Of a stretch of DNA of 43,104 nucleotides, positions 19,161-28,669 are shown piece by piece. Origin of the DNA: Promethearchaeota archaeon (GTDB lineage: Archaea; Asgardarchaeota; Lokiarchaeia; Sigyniarchaeales; SOKP01); NCBI GenBank assembly GCA_018238625.1, contig JABCSY010000026.1, positions 1 through 43,104 of the forward strand. The letters are read 5' to 3'. Under the pieces are notes generated by a model. The model searched no databases and was not told the origin of the DNA. It saw only the letters and a list, made by a program, of their open reading frames with translations. Positions within the stretch are counted from its first letter, which is position 1, and each line of letters opens with the position of its first letter. A program made the position numbers and the translations under genes.

Positions 19161-19611
19161 TATGGATATATCTATAGAAAATCAAATAAAAAAACTTTTA
19201 AAACCATTTAGAATTAGAACAGGGGTAACAACTTCTTTCTTATTTAATAACGATGGCTTAATAATAGCAATTGATCAAGAATCATTAAGCGAAGATGAAG
19301 ATTTTTATCAATCGATAAGTGCGATATGTGCTGGTATAATATCATTTGCAGAACAAGGAATATTGATGACAGATAGCTCAAATAATGTTAAAGATATAGT
19401 AATTCAGGGGGGTAATCAAATAGAGAGTGATAGTTTTACAATAACAATTGACTTTATTAGTAATGAAATAATTTTTGCCTGTATTTTTCCTTCAGTTTTG
19501 AATTATAGTGTAATTAAGTTTGAATTGAAGAATACAACTCAATCATTAATTAAGTTATTTAATAATGATAATATGAGTAAGAATGCCTCAATACAACAAA
19601 TTAAAACATAA
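19153..19611 (+). CDS. Roadblock/LC7 (MglB-like) protein
   Basis: SFLFNNDGLIIA, ISAICAGIISFAE; resembles the 17375 paralog and overlaps the GTPase stop. Confidence 0.8.
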   Translation: MPNMDISIENQIKKLLKPFRIRTGVTTSFLFNNDGLIIAIDQESLSEDEDFYQSISAICAGIISFAEQGILMTDSSNNVKDIVIQGGNQIESDSFTITIDFISNEIIFACIFPSVLNYSVIKFELKNTTQSLIKLFNNDNMSKNASIQQIKT

Positions 19612-19629
19612 ACACATACATTAAATAAG

Positions 19630-20532
19630 GTGATTGAAATTATTGAGATAAAAAAGGATGTATTATATGGATTAAATTCATGCCCAGAATGTCAAGGGAA
19701 CTTAATTTCGGTAGTTGAAAGAGGAGAGACCGTTTGCTATCAATGTGGTTTAATTATAAGCGAAAAAGAATTAGCTCTCAATCACAGTGGTCCAAGAATA
19801 TATACAGCTGAACAATCTAGAGAAAAAGCAAGAACAGGGAGTCCAACGTCTCAATTATTTCCAGATATAAGTTTTTGTGTGATACATAATAATAATACTC
19901 AAAATCCCCATTTAAAACGTGCAATAAAACTTAATTCCTATATCCCTTGGGATAAAAAAAAAAAATTAATTGCTATTATAGAATTGAAAAGGTTAAGTCA
20001 CAATTTAGGTATACCTGAATATATTAAAAAAGCTACTTTAGAGCTTTATGAAGAAGCAGTTAATAGAAACATGATTAAAGGAAGATCAATAAAAGGAATG
20101 ATTATTGCATGTTTATTTTATGTTTGTAAAATTAAAAAAATACCAAGAACTTTCCAAGAAATTTGTATGGAATCATCAATTGCTCCAAAGAAATTAAAAA
20201 AATATTATCTCAATTTGGTCAAAGAATTAAATCTAAAGACTCCCATTAATAATCCAATTGCTAATGTTACTAGATTTATAGCTAATCTAGGATTAGATTT
20301 TGATACAGAAAAATTAACTATTAAAATATTAGAAGAATATTTCAAAAATAGTTCTACTGGTGGAAAAAACCCAAATGGTTTTTGCGGAGCCGCAATTTAC
20401 TTAGCATCAAAATTAAGAAATAAAAGGATAAATCAGAAAGTCATTGCCAATATTATTGGAATTACTGATACAACACTTCGAAACAGATATCACGAGATTA
20501 TTAATAAAATAAATTTTAATAATATTAGATAA
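19630..20532 (+). CDS. tfb: Transcription initiation factor IIB (TFB) paralog
   Basis: Zn ribbon CPEC...CYQCG, RTGSP, IKGRSI, IPRTFQEI, GKNPNGFCGAAIY, TLRNRY; two cyclin repeats. Confidence 0.93.
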   Translation: MIEIIEIKKDVLYGLNSCPECQGNLISVVERGETVCYQCGLIISEKELALNHSGPRIYTAEQSREKARTGSPTSQLFPDISFCVIHNNNTQNPHLKRAIKLNSYIPWDKKKKLIAIIELKRLSHNLGIPEYIKKATLELYEEAVNRNMIKGRSIKGMIIACLFYVCKIKKIPRTFQEICMESSIAPKKLKKYYLNLVKELNLKTPINNPIANVTRFIANLGLDFDTEKLTIKILEEYFKNSSTGGKNPNGFCGAAIYLASKLRNKRINQKVIANIIGITDTTLRNRYHEIINKINFNNIR

Positions 20533-20545
20533 AGAGGAGATTACA

Positions 20546-22042
20546 ATTATTAAGAACGAATTTGAAAAAACTCAAATTTTTAATTTTTATAAAATAAATG
20601 AAATAAAAAATAAGAAGTCCTATCTAAATTTGTTAGATAGCTTCCCTTTTTCAATATTTATATTACAATTTGATATGACAGTATATTTTTGCAATCATGT
20701 AGCAGAATTATATTTAGGCGTATTAAATAGCAAGGTTCAAGGTAACTCTTTTTTCAATCTTTTTCCATTTTCGGCTAATAAAAAAGAAGAAGTTAAGGAA
20801 ATAATAAATAATGTAATGTTGATTAATTATTCTGAAGTAAACGAATTAGATTTTATTAATCAAAATGGTTGTAAAACATGGGTTGAGATGTTTTTCTCTA
20901 GAATAAATATTGAGGGGAATAACTTTATTCAAGTAGTTTTATTAGATATAACAGAGAGCAAGCTAGCAGATATTATAATAAAAGAGGAAAATGAAAGATT
21001 GAGATCACTCAATGAATTAAAAAAGAATTTAACTGCTAAGACTTCTGAAGAATTGAAAAACCCTTTAAATGTTATGTCAAAGGCATCTCATTTACTTCTA
21101 GAAACATATAAAGATAAATTGGATGAAAATGCAATTAGATTATTAGAACTAATTAATAATGGAGGAGAGACATCTTTGAATTTGGCTAGTAAAATTGTAG
21201 ATATTTCCAGAATAGAATCAAACGAATTAATTCTAAATAAACAAACTGAAAATTTAGTCGAAATTATAAAAAACTCTTTAAGAACAGTTTTGCATAATAA
21301 TAACCAATATAATTCTTTCATTGATTTAGATTTATCTGAAGATGTTTATTCATTTATTGATAGATCACGAATAGAGCAGGTATTAAAAGAAATATTAACC
21401 TATATAATTTTAAATACAAATAATGATAGCAATCTTTCAATTAGCCTTCAAAAAGTTAGGAACTTTGGAGAAATTCTGATAAAAACACAGTTTAATTTAG
21501 GTTTAGAGAATAAAATGGACTACCAATTTCATTTTATAAAAGAAATAATTGAATTACATCATGGTCAAATGCTTATAGAATCATTAAACGGGCTATATAA
21601 ATCATCAATAAAAATTCTTCTACCCATAAAAAATTGGAAGGATAAGGTAATTCAACTTTTAGTATTATATAAATATGGTATTCCTCTATTTGACTACTCA
21701 TTTAGTAACCATTCTACTAATAGTAATGACTCTATAATAGTATCAGGAGGGATTGTCGGATTAATGACTATTTTAAAAGTGATAACTCATGGAAAATCTC
21801 CAATAAAATATATAAATCATGGAGATTGTACAATCATTTTTGAATTAAATAAATCAAGGGATATTATTTTTGTTTTGATTGTGAAAGAGCATTTAAAAAT
21901 ATTTGAATACACACTTGGCAATTTAATTAATGAATTTGATGTGATCTATAAGGATTTAGTTAAGAATATAGAAACAAGTTGTTCAGCTAGGCAAAATTGG
22001 GAAGAAGTGGGGTTATTAGTTGAAAAATATTTTAAAAACTGA
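20546..22042 (+). CDS. PAS - degenerate histidine kinase - longin-like fusion protein
   Basis: PAS domain; H-box reads TSEELKNPL (His to Glu); ATPase lacks N/G boxes; C-terminal YKYGIPLFDY...IVSGGIVGL...INHGD..IIFE...IFVLIV...EF...Y is longin-like. Frame is open upstream of TTG 20630 to ATT codons after a GAGGAG RBS, so the start is uncertain. Confidence 0.75.
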   Translation: MIKNEFEKTQIFNFYKINEIKNKKSYLNLLDSFPFSIFILQFDMTVYFCNHVAELYLGVLNSKVQGNSFFNLFPFSANKKEEVKEIINNVMLINYSEVNELDFINQNGCKTWVEMFFSRINIEGNNFIQVVLLDITESKLADIIIKEENERLRSLNELKKNLTAKTSEELKNPLNVMSKASHLLLETYKDKLDENAIRLLELINNGGETSLNLASKIVDISRIESNELILNKQTENLVEIIKNSLRTVLHNNNQYNSFIDLDLSEDVYSFIDRSRIEQVLKEILTYIILNTNNDSNLSISLQKVRNFGEILIKTQFNLGLENKMDYQFHFIKEIIELHHGQMLIESLNGLYKSSIKILLPIKNWKDKVIQLLVLYKYGIPLFDYSFSNHSTNSNDSIIVSGGIVGLMTILKVITHGKSPIKYINHGDCTIIFELNKSRDIIFVLIVKEHLKIFEYTLGNLINEFDVIYKDLVKNIETSCSARQNWEEVGLLVEKYFKN

Positions 22043-22261
22043 TATTACTTTATAGAAGAATCTTATTTTTTTTTCATATCTTTAATAAATTTCAATAAAT
22101 ATAATTTTTAAATCTTATTTATTTAATTTTTTAATTATTTCTATGTAAATTTATATAAAAAACAGAAGGCTTAAATATAAGATTTTGACAAAAAGGATGT
22201 TTATATATATAAATATTATTATTTATTTAAAAAATAAAAAATAATAAAAAATAAAAAAGGA

Positions 22262-22774
22262 GTGATAATTATGCAAGAAATAATAGGACAATTTCTAATA
22301 ATGCTTATTAAACTATTTAAGGAGTTTAATGAAGAATTTCTCGAGCAAGCTGCTAAGGAACTAAATATGAGACCAGAGGATATTAAGCCAGATGGCTGGT
22401 ATCCCGTTGATAAAACTATTATCGCCTTAGAGAAATTAAGTGATGATGCAAATCAAGGTGTTGGAAAATTAGTAGTTGCTTCGAATCCAGATGTTATTAA
22501 GGCGTTGAAACCTGATTCAACCCCTAAGGATTTAACCTCTATATTAAAGACTAATATTTCCAAAAGTTTTAAAGGAGAAAATATATTTTCATTAATGACA
22601 ATTGTAGATTCTGGTCCTGATTCTCTCGTAATAAAAACTAAAATGTATCCATTTACTGAAAGTTTTGTTAAAGGTCTTATTTTAGGCTTTTTACAAATCT
22701 TAAAAATCCAAAATATCCATATTGTTAAAACAGATGAAGATGGTTTTCAAATATTTACCATAAAATGGCAATAA
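22262..22774 (+). CDS. Hypothetical protein, V4R/H-NOX-like small-ligand-binding fold
   Basis: PDGWYP motif, YP...FVKGLILG and terminal FTIKW, as seen in V4R/H-NOX-like proteins. Confidence 0.5.
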   Translation: MIIMQEIIGQFLIMLIKLFKEFNEEFLEQAAKELNMRPEDIKPDGWYPVDKTIIALEKLSDDANQGVGKLVVASNPDVIKALKPDSTPKDLTSILKTNISKSFKGENIFSLMTIVDSGPDSLVIKTKMYPFTESFVKGLILGFLQILKIQNIHIVKTDEDGFQIFTIKWQ

Positions 22775-22879
22775 TTAATTTTTAATCTTTTTTTTATATT
22801 ATTTTTTCAGTGCTAATTTTTTTATAGTAATTATGCTTAAATTATATTTAGTTATTACTAGCCATTCAATTCAAGATTT

Positions 22880-23200
22880 AATTTTGGTTCTCCCCACATG
22901 TGGATGAAACCTGAAAGAAAAATTGGCAGGATGGTGACTGAGTTGAAACTCTCATAGAGCATTAGGCCGCCATAAAATGGTAAGCCTCGAGAATAAACCT
23001 GGATAAGACTCAGAGAAGCTGTCTAATGGGCTTGTAATAACTCTCCCTTAATTTTAGGGTGTCAGCTAAACATATCGGATTAGGAGAGTTCAGAGAGACA
23101 CATTATAACCAATAATGGATTATATTTAGCTAGAGTTTTGTCAATTTTTTAAGGTTTCCTTATCAGTAACATCATGAAAAAAAGTTCCTATGCTCTGAAA
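22880..23200 (+). mobile_element. Possible degraded DDE transposase remnant
   Basis: GC-richer patch; FRVSAKHIGLGEFR...GLYLARVL across a frameshift resembles a transposase C-terminal (F)R..K..LGL..F motif. Confidence 0.35.
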
Positions 23201-23363
23201 CGAATTTTAATTCGTTGAGGATTCTTTCTTTAAATTCTTATTTTTAAGAAATAAATAATATTTTCAGAATATAATTATTAAAAACCTTAGTATCATTTGA
23301 CATACTTTTTATTTAGCCTGAAACTAAAATATAAAACAATTCTATATAACAATCTGTTTAATG

Positions 23364-24515
23364 TTAATAAAAGGGGTTATGATATTGAGTATTTTCTTGT
23401 CGAGAAAATATTGTTCTTTCCTTAATTTCCTTATCGATCAATCCTTCGATGTGGCAAAGATATTCGTATTCGTCTTTTAAACAGAGCGTAATTGCAACTC
23501 CGCGCTTATTCATGCGAGAAGTTCTCCCTATTCGATGGACATAATTCTCAGGGTATTTTGGAATGTCGTAATTAAAAACATGCGAAATGTTATTGATATC
23601 CAAACCTCTGGCTGCAACATCTGTGGCAATGAGTAGGTTAATCTTATGCGCTTTAAAAGCTTTTAAAATTTTCTCTCTTTGATGTTGAGACAAGTCTCCA
23701 GAAATGAGATCCACGTTATATATGAAATTATCTAACGACTTTAACCTCTTGACTAACCAAGCCGCAGTTCTCTTCGTGTTCACGAAGACTAGAAGGTGAT
23801 CTGGTTTTTCTCTCCTCAGTATTTTAAGGAAAGTTTTCAGTTTATCTCCATATCTCTCAATCAGATAATAGAACTGTTTTGTATTTCCAACAGTTAAATC
23901 ATCTCTGCTTAAGTTTAAAAATTCGAAACTATTTTTCGAATATTGTTTCACTAATTCTCTGATTCTGTTATCAAAGGTCGCAGAGAATAGCATGAATTGG
24001 TATTCTGAATGAATTTGGTTTAAAATGTATTTCACATCTGGTGTGAAACCCATGTCAAACATTCTATCAGCTTCATCAACGACAACAAACCTAATTTCAT
24101 TTAATCTTAACTTTCTTCTTTTGTACAAATCAATTATTCTTCCAGGAGTTCCAATGATAATACTTATGCCGTTTTCTAGTTTATTTATTTGATTATTTAT
24201 AGAAACTCCGCCATAAATCGGAAAAGCTTTGACTCTTGAATTTCCCAAATCTCTAACTACTTCGTATATTTGATTTGCTAACTCTCTCGTTGGAACCAAG
24301 ATTAGAGCTTCGTTACGCGTAAATTTAAGGTTTTCTATTATTGGAAGTATAAAAGCTAAAGTTTTGCCACTACCCGTTCTCGCTTGAGCCATTATGTTTT
24401 GACCCTTTAAGATTAGAGGTATAGCTTTTTGTTGGACAGGCGTGGGTTTATTAATGTTGATTTTTTTTAACGCGTTAGCGTTATGTTCGTTAATTCCTAA
24501 TTCTGTAAAGTTCAA
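23364..24515 (-). CDS. DEAD-box RNA helicase
   Basis: Q motif, ARTGSGKT, PTRELA, TPGR, DEAD, SAT, ARGLD, HRIGRT. Confidence 0.96.
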   Translation of the reverse strand: MNFTELGINEHNANALKKININKPTPVQQKAIPLILKGQNIMAQARTGSGKTLAFILPIIENLKFTRNEALILVPTRELANQIYEVVRDLGNSRVKAFPIYGGVSINNQINKLENGISIIIGTPGRIIDLYKRRKLRLNEIRFVVVDEADRMFDMGFTPDVKYILNQIHSEYQFMLFSATFDNRIRELVKQYSKNSFEFLNLSRDDLTVGNTKQFYYLIERYGDKLKTFLKILRREKPDHLLVFVNTKRTAAWLVKRLKSLDNFIYNVDLISGDLSQHQREKILKAFKAHKINLLIATDVAARGLDINNISHVFNYDIPKYPENYVHRIGRTSRMNKRGVAITLCLKDEYEYLCHIEGLIDKEIKERTIFSRQENTQYHNPFY

Positions 24516-24646
24516 TTTATTTGTTCACTAAAAATATCTTTCTTTTCTCACTCTAAATCGAGTAATTAAATTATTTGTGAAAGATAAACTTTTCTAAAAT
24601 TCTGATTTTTGATAAAAATAGTGTTTTGAATTAATTTAATATACAA

Positions 24647-26803
24647 TTAAATCTTAAAAACAACTTCTTTGGTCAAGCTATCGAGTTTCATTAACTTTTG
24701 GTAGATAAAGGTTCTAACCTTCTCAGGAGTTATTTTTGGGTTGTTGAATACTAAATCTTGTACTACGGTATGATATTTCTGGCTTTTTTTTGCCAATTTT
24801 CTATGGAGGTCATTCTTGTCGTCGTATAATGGTATTGGAAAAGAGAAAGGTCTTTTATGAATGTGTCTACTCGATTTTATGAGCTTAATGTTTTTCGAAA
24901 GTATTGGAGAATTGAAAATTGCCGATAAATAATGCGCCTCGTTCTGTGAATCGGTGGAATAATAGTAATTTTCTGAACAAATAACTATTTCCTTTTCTTC
25001 GTTATCGATAACTGCCGATTTCAGACGGGAACCACTCGCGTTGTATACGACGATATATTGTTTATTATTAATTTGTTTCGTTAATTTATTCCAATAATTC
25101 AAATTTGAAAAAAGATTATCGATCTCGCTCGTTTCTGCTTTGTTTTCTTGGTAAAATTTATTAAGCTCATTGTAAAATTCTAAAGCTCTTGGATTATTCT
25201 TAAGGAAGGTCTCATCGAATTCAAAATTCTCGTTAATTGGCAAAAAAACGCGTTTAAATCGCTTTATACTAAATGGTATTAAATCTTTGTTTAAAAAAGC
25301 CTTAAAATTGAATTTGTTTTCAATTATTTTATTTTGAAAAGAATACCTCCAATTTTTCTTAGCGCGTAATTTAACTTCAGGATCGGAAGAAATCTGTAGA
25401 TATTTTTCATTTTCTTCGTCTATTTTAAAGAATACAAGCGCTCGAGGTACCAAAGTCGCCCCTTGAAAGAACTTACGCCTGTATTGACTTTCTGAAAGCG
25501 CATTTAAGAACTTTAGATCTTGTTCTGGTAAAATAATTTTTGCTCCCTTCTCGTCGAATGCTAAGCTAGAGTAAGTTGTTGTCCGCTGAAGTTCAAGAAT
25601 GCTATCGTAAATTTTAGTCTTAATTGGATATTTTTCGGAAATTGGAATTTCCGAACTTCTACCGATATATTTCGCTTTTAGACAGATATGCTCTACGTTA
25701 AAGAAATAATTGTTAGGAAAATCCCAAATTTCAATCTTATTAAAAACTGAAAACGCGCGGAACTTATAACAATGATCTCCGTTTAAAATGCTCTTAGTAA
25801 GAACAAAGAATATGCTTCCTCCAATTTTTAAGAATGCTAGAGGGATCGCGTAAAAGAAAACTGCTGCTAGTTCAATGTGGGTTATGTATTGACTTTTGGG
25901 TTTAATTCCTAATGTTTCAGATAGCGTTCTAATCTTTATTTGATACTCCTTATTGATAATGTCTTTATAAGTTAACCACGGAGGGTTTCCAATAACTAAG
26001 TCAAACGATTGATAAAGCTCCGATAAATTTACCTTTAGGTTTTTTTTGTTCTGGTCGGGAAAAAGAGCGTTTATTAGAAAAATATTTATTTTGGGGAGTT
26101 TATCATTTTCTGCATCGTAATAATCGAAAAGTAACAATAATATATTTACCTTAGCTGTTAAAGTTGCTAATAGGTTAATATCAAAGCCGTAAATATTTTC
26201 AATCGCATTAAATTTTACATTTTTTTTAGCGTTGGAATTGAGGATTTTAATAATGATCTCTATTAAAAAACCACCAGAACCGCAAGATGGATCTAAAGTC
26301 TTTGCTCCCATTTCGTAAAAATCGTCAATCATTTTTTTAGCAAGTTCAGGTGGAGTATAAAATTCTCCTAATTTGTGCCTTGTTATAATAAAGAAAACTT
26401 GCTGATACAATTTTTGGAAGAGATCGTGATAAGCAAAACGAGAATCTTTTAACAATATGTGTATCTGGTTAATAACATCTTTTTTGAGATCTGGACAAAA
26501 AAAATATTCTAATTCACTCAAGTTATGATCATGATAATAATTTTTAAAACTTTCTTTTCCTTGAGCATTTAATTTTCTCGCTACTAAAAGCTTTAGAATA
26601 AGTGCGAAATAGGAATGTTTTAGAAAAAGAGAATGATCAATATCATTTCCATAAATGCGCTTAAAAATCGATTTCCAAAGCCGATATTTCTTTTGAAACT
26701 CTAATTCGACTATTTTCGCTTGTTTTTCAAGAAAATTAGTGATCTCGCTATAAATATTTGAGCCTATTCCAAATAGTTCAGAAATCTTTTTTGAATCAAT
26801 TAT
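24647..26803 (-). CDS. N6-adenine DNA methyltransferase (type IIG/IIL-like MTase plus target-recognition domain, no evident nuclease)
   Basis: GEFYTP, LDPSCGSGGF, GFDIN, IGNPPW. Frame is open upstream of 26521 to a stop at 26807-26809 (W..IYG...LF.KHSYF..ILK), implying an ATA/ATT start near 26803/26800. Confidence 0.85.
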   Translation of the reverse strand: MIDSKKISELFGIGSNIYSEITNFLEKQAKIVELEFQKKYRLWKSIFKRIYGNDIDHSLFLKHSYFALILKLLVARKLNAQGKESFKNYYHDHNLSELEYFFCPDLKKDVINQIHILLKDSRFAYHDLFQKLYQQVFFIITRHKLGEFYTPPELAKKMIDDFYEMGAKTLDPSCGSGGFLIEIIIKILNSNAKKNVKFNAIENIYGFDINLLATLTAKVNILLLLFDYYDAENDKLPKINIFLINALFPDQNKKNLKVNLSELYQSFDLVIGNPPWLTYKDIINKEYQIKIRTLSETLGIKPKSQYITHIELAAVFFYAIPLAFLKIGGSIFFVLTKSILNGDHCYKFRAFSVFNKIEIWDFPNNYFFNVEHICLKAKYIGRSSEIPISEKYPIKTKIYDSILELQRTTTYSSLAFDEKGAKIILPEQDLKFLNALSESQYRRKFFQGATLVPRALVFFKIDEENEKYLQISSDPEVKLRAKKNWRYSFQNKIIENKFNFKAFLNKDLIPFSIKRFKRVFLPINENFEFDETFLKNNPRALEFYNELNKFYQENKAETSEIDNLFSNLNYWNKLTKQINNKQYIVVYNASGSRLKSAVIDNEEKEIVICSENYYYSTDSQNEAHYLSAIFNSPILSKNIKLIKSSRHIHKRPFSFPIPLYDDKNDLHRKLAKKSQKYHTVVQDLVFNNPKITPEKVRTFIYQKLMKLDSLTKEVVFKI

Positions 26804-27005
26804 TTTTTATCTTCTCTTCAGTTGTTTTTTATAATAACTATCCGTAGAAAATAAATTAAACTTATCTATAGAAAAATACCAATATTCTAAATAGAGTAGA
26901 AATATTTATATTAAGTATTGGAATTTATAATAATGTTCAAAATTATCTAACTAAGATTACTTAACCAAAATTGACAAAAAAAAAAATAAAAAAAATGTTT
27001 TTAAC

Positions 27006-27863
27006 ATGAGTGGAATAGAAAAAATAGAGGAAGTAATAAGAAAAAATGAGTCGAAAATATTAAAAAGATGGATTAAACTGCAACTTGGGAATATTGACAC
27101 CTTGAGGCGTGATTTAATAAGCGAAGCTGATCTTAGAACTGAATCCGCCACTTTTATGCAAGAATTCACTTTAGCGATTAGGTTTGGAATTAATGAAGAT
27201 ATTACGGGTTCAGAATATAATAAAGTTAGAGAATTTTTGATTAAATTTTGGCGTAGAAGGGCTGCTCAAGGTTTTACTCCTTCAGAAACGGTGACTTTTT
27301 TATTCAGCCTAAAAGAAGCTATTTTACCTTTCATAGAAGAGAGTTATAAAAGTGATGTAGATGCGATGATAGAAAATATTACCGGCCTGAATAACATCTT
27401 GGACAAGTTCGGCCTGCAATCCTTCGAGGAATTCATAAGTGGGCGCGATGAGCTTATTAAAGAGCAAGCAGATTCGATAATCGAACTTTCATTGCCAGTA
27501 ATGAAGCTGTGGGACGATATAGTATCAGTACCAATCATCGGAACACTTGATAGTAGACGCGCTAAATTAGTTACTGAATCCCTTTTAAACAATATCGTTG
27601 AATTCGGTTATAAATACGCAATAATTGACATATCAGGGGTTCCCATAATAGATTCTCAAGTTGCAAATCATTTGCTTAAGACAGTTCGAGGAGTAAAGCT
27701 TTTAGGGGCAAAAGCTATTCTGACTGGAATCCGACCAGAAGTAGCTCAGGTACTGGTTGAGTTGGGAGTTGATCTCAGTGAAGTGATTACGAGCGCTGTT
27801 TTTGCTGGAGGGCTGGAACATGCGTTTAAAAAGCTTGGTTATACTATAGAAAAAAAGAGGTAG
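27006..27863 (+). CDS. rsbR: Stressosome RsbR-like protein (RsbRD_N-type sensor + STAS)
   Basis: RAAQGFTPSET, ELSLPV, PIIGTLDSRRA, IDISGVP.IDS, GIRPEVAQ. Confidence 0.92.
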   Translation: MSGIEKIEEVIRKNESKILKRWIKLQLGNIDTLRRDLISEADLRTESATFMQEFTLAIRFGINEDITGSEYNKVREFLIKFWRRRAAQGFTPSETVTFLFSLKEAILPFIEESYKSDVDAMIENITGLNNILDKFGLQSFEEFISGRDELIKEQADSIIELSLPVMKLWDDIVSVPIIGTLDSRRAKLVTESLLNNIVEFGYKYAIIDISGVPIIDSQVANHLLKTVRGVKLLGAKAILTGIRPEVAQVLVELGVDLSEVITSAVFAGGLEHAFKKLGYTIEKKR

Positions 27864-27870
27864 GTCTTTC

Positions 27871-28266
27871 ATGAGTCAGAGAATTCCTATTATTAAAATA
27901 CGCGAAAATTTAATAGTAACTTTTATCTCTGATATCGACGATTTAGCAGCCTTAAGATTACAAAAAGAATTGACTGAAATGATTCATGAAGAAAATATCT
28001 CTGGAGTAAATGTAACTGGAGTTTTGTTAGATCTGACAATTCTAGATATGGTGGATTCTTTCTTAGGAAGGCTAATATCGAATATCGCACAATCTGCGGC
28101 AACCATGAATGCTAATACGGTTGTTGTTGGAATTCAGCCGGCTGTTGCCATTACTCTCGTCGAAATGGGGCTACAACTGAAGGGTGCCTATACTGCTTTG
28201 AATGTGGATCATGCTTTTGAAATATTAGATGATTTAAAAGCAGAATCGGAGGAGATTGTTGAATAA
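27871..28266 (+). CDS. rsbS: Stressosome RsbS STAS protein
   Basis: IPIIKI, DMVDSFLGR, VGIQPAVAITLVEMG. Confidence 0.92.
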   Translation: MSQRIPIIKIRENLIVTFISDIDDLAALRLQKELTEMIHEENISGVNVTGVLLDLTILDMVDSFLGRLISNIAQSAATMNANTVVVGIQPAVAITLVEMGLQLKGAYTALNVDHAFEILDDLKAESEEIVE

Positions 28267-28669
28267 ACAGAGATTTTTTGAGAAATACGCAATTGATATC
28301 GAATTTGATCTTGTCAAGATAAGACAAGCTGTTAGAAAAATTTCTAAAGAAATGCAATTTGATATAGTAGCCCAGACTAAACTATTAACTGCTGTTAGCG
28401 AATTAGCGAGAAATGTCTTTGATTACGTTGGAAAAGGCGAGGTCATCGTGGAAGAAGTTGGAGATTCCCTAAAAACAGGTTTAAAAATAACTGTAATAGA
28501 TAATGGTTCAGGCATTCCAGACATTGATCGTGCAATGTCAGGTGGATTTTCTACGAGTAAAGGGCTCGGAAAGGGTTTAAGTGGAACTAAAAAGCTGATG
28601 GATGAATTTTCCATTCAATCAGAAGTGGGAAAAGGTACAGAGGTTGTTATCGTTAAGTGGGTGGCGTAA
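28256..28669 (+). CDS. rsbT: RsbT serine/threonine kinase
   Basis: TAVSELARN, DNGSGIPDI, GLGKGLSGTKKLMDEF. Confidence 0.92.
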   Translation: MLNKQRFFEKYAIDIEFDLVKIRQAVRKISKEMQFDIVAQTKLLTAVSELARNVFDYVGKGEVIVEEVGDSLKTGLKITVIDNGSGIPDIDRAMSGGFSTSKGLGKGLSGTKKLMDEFSIQSEVGKGTEVVIVKWVA

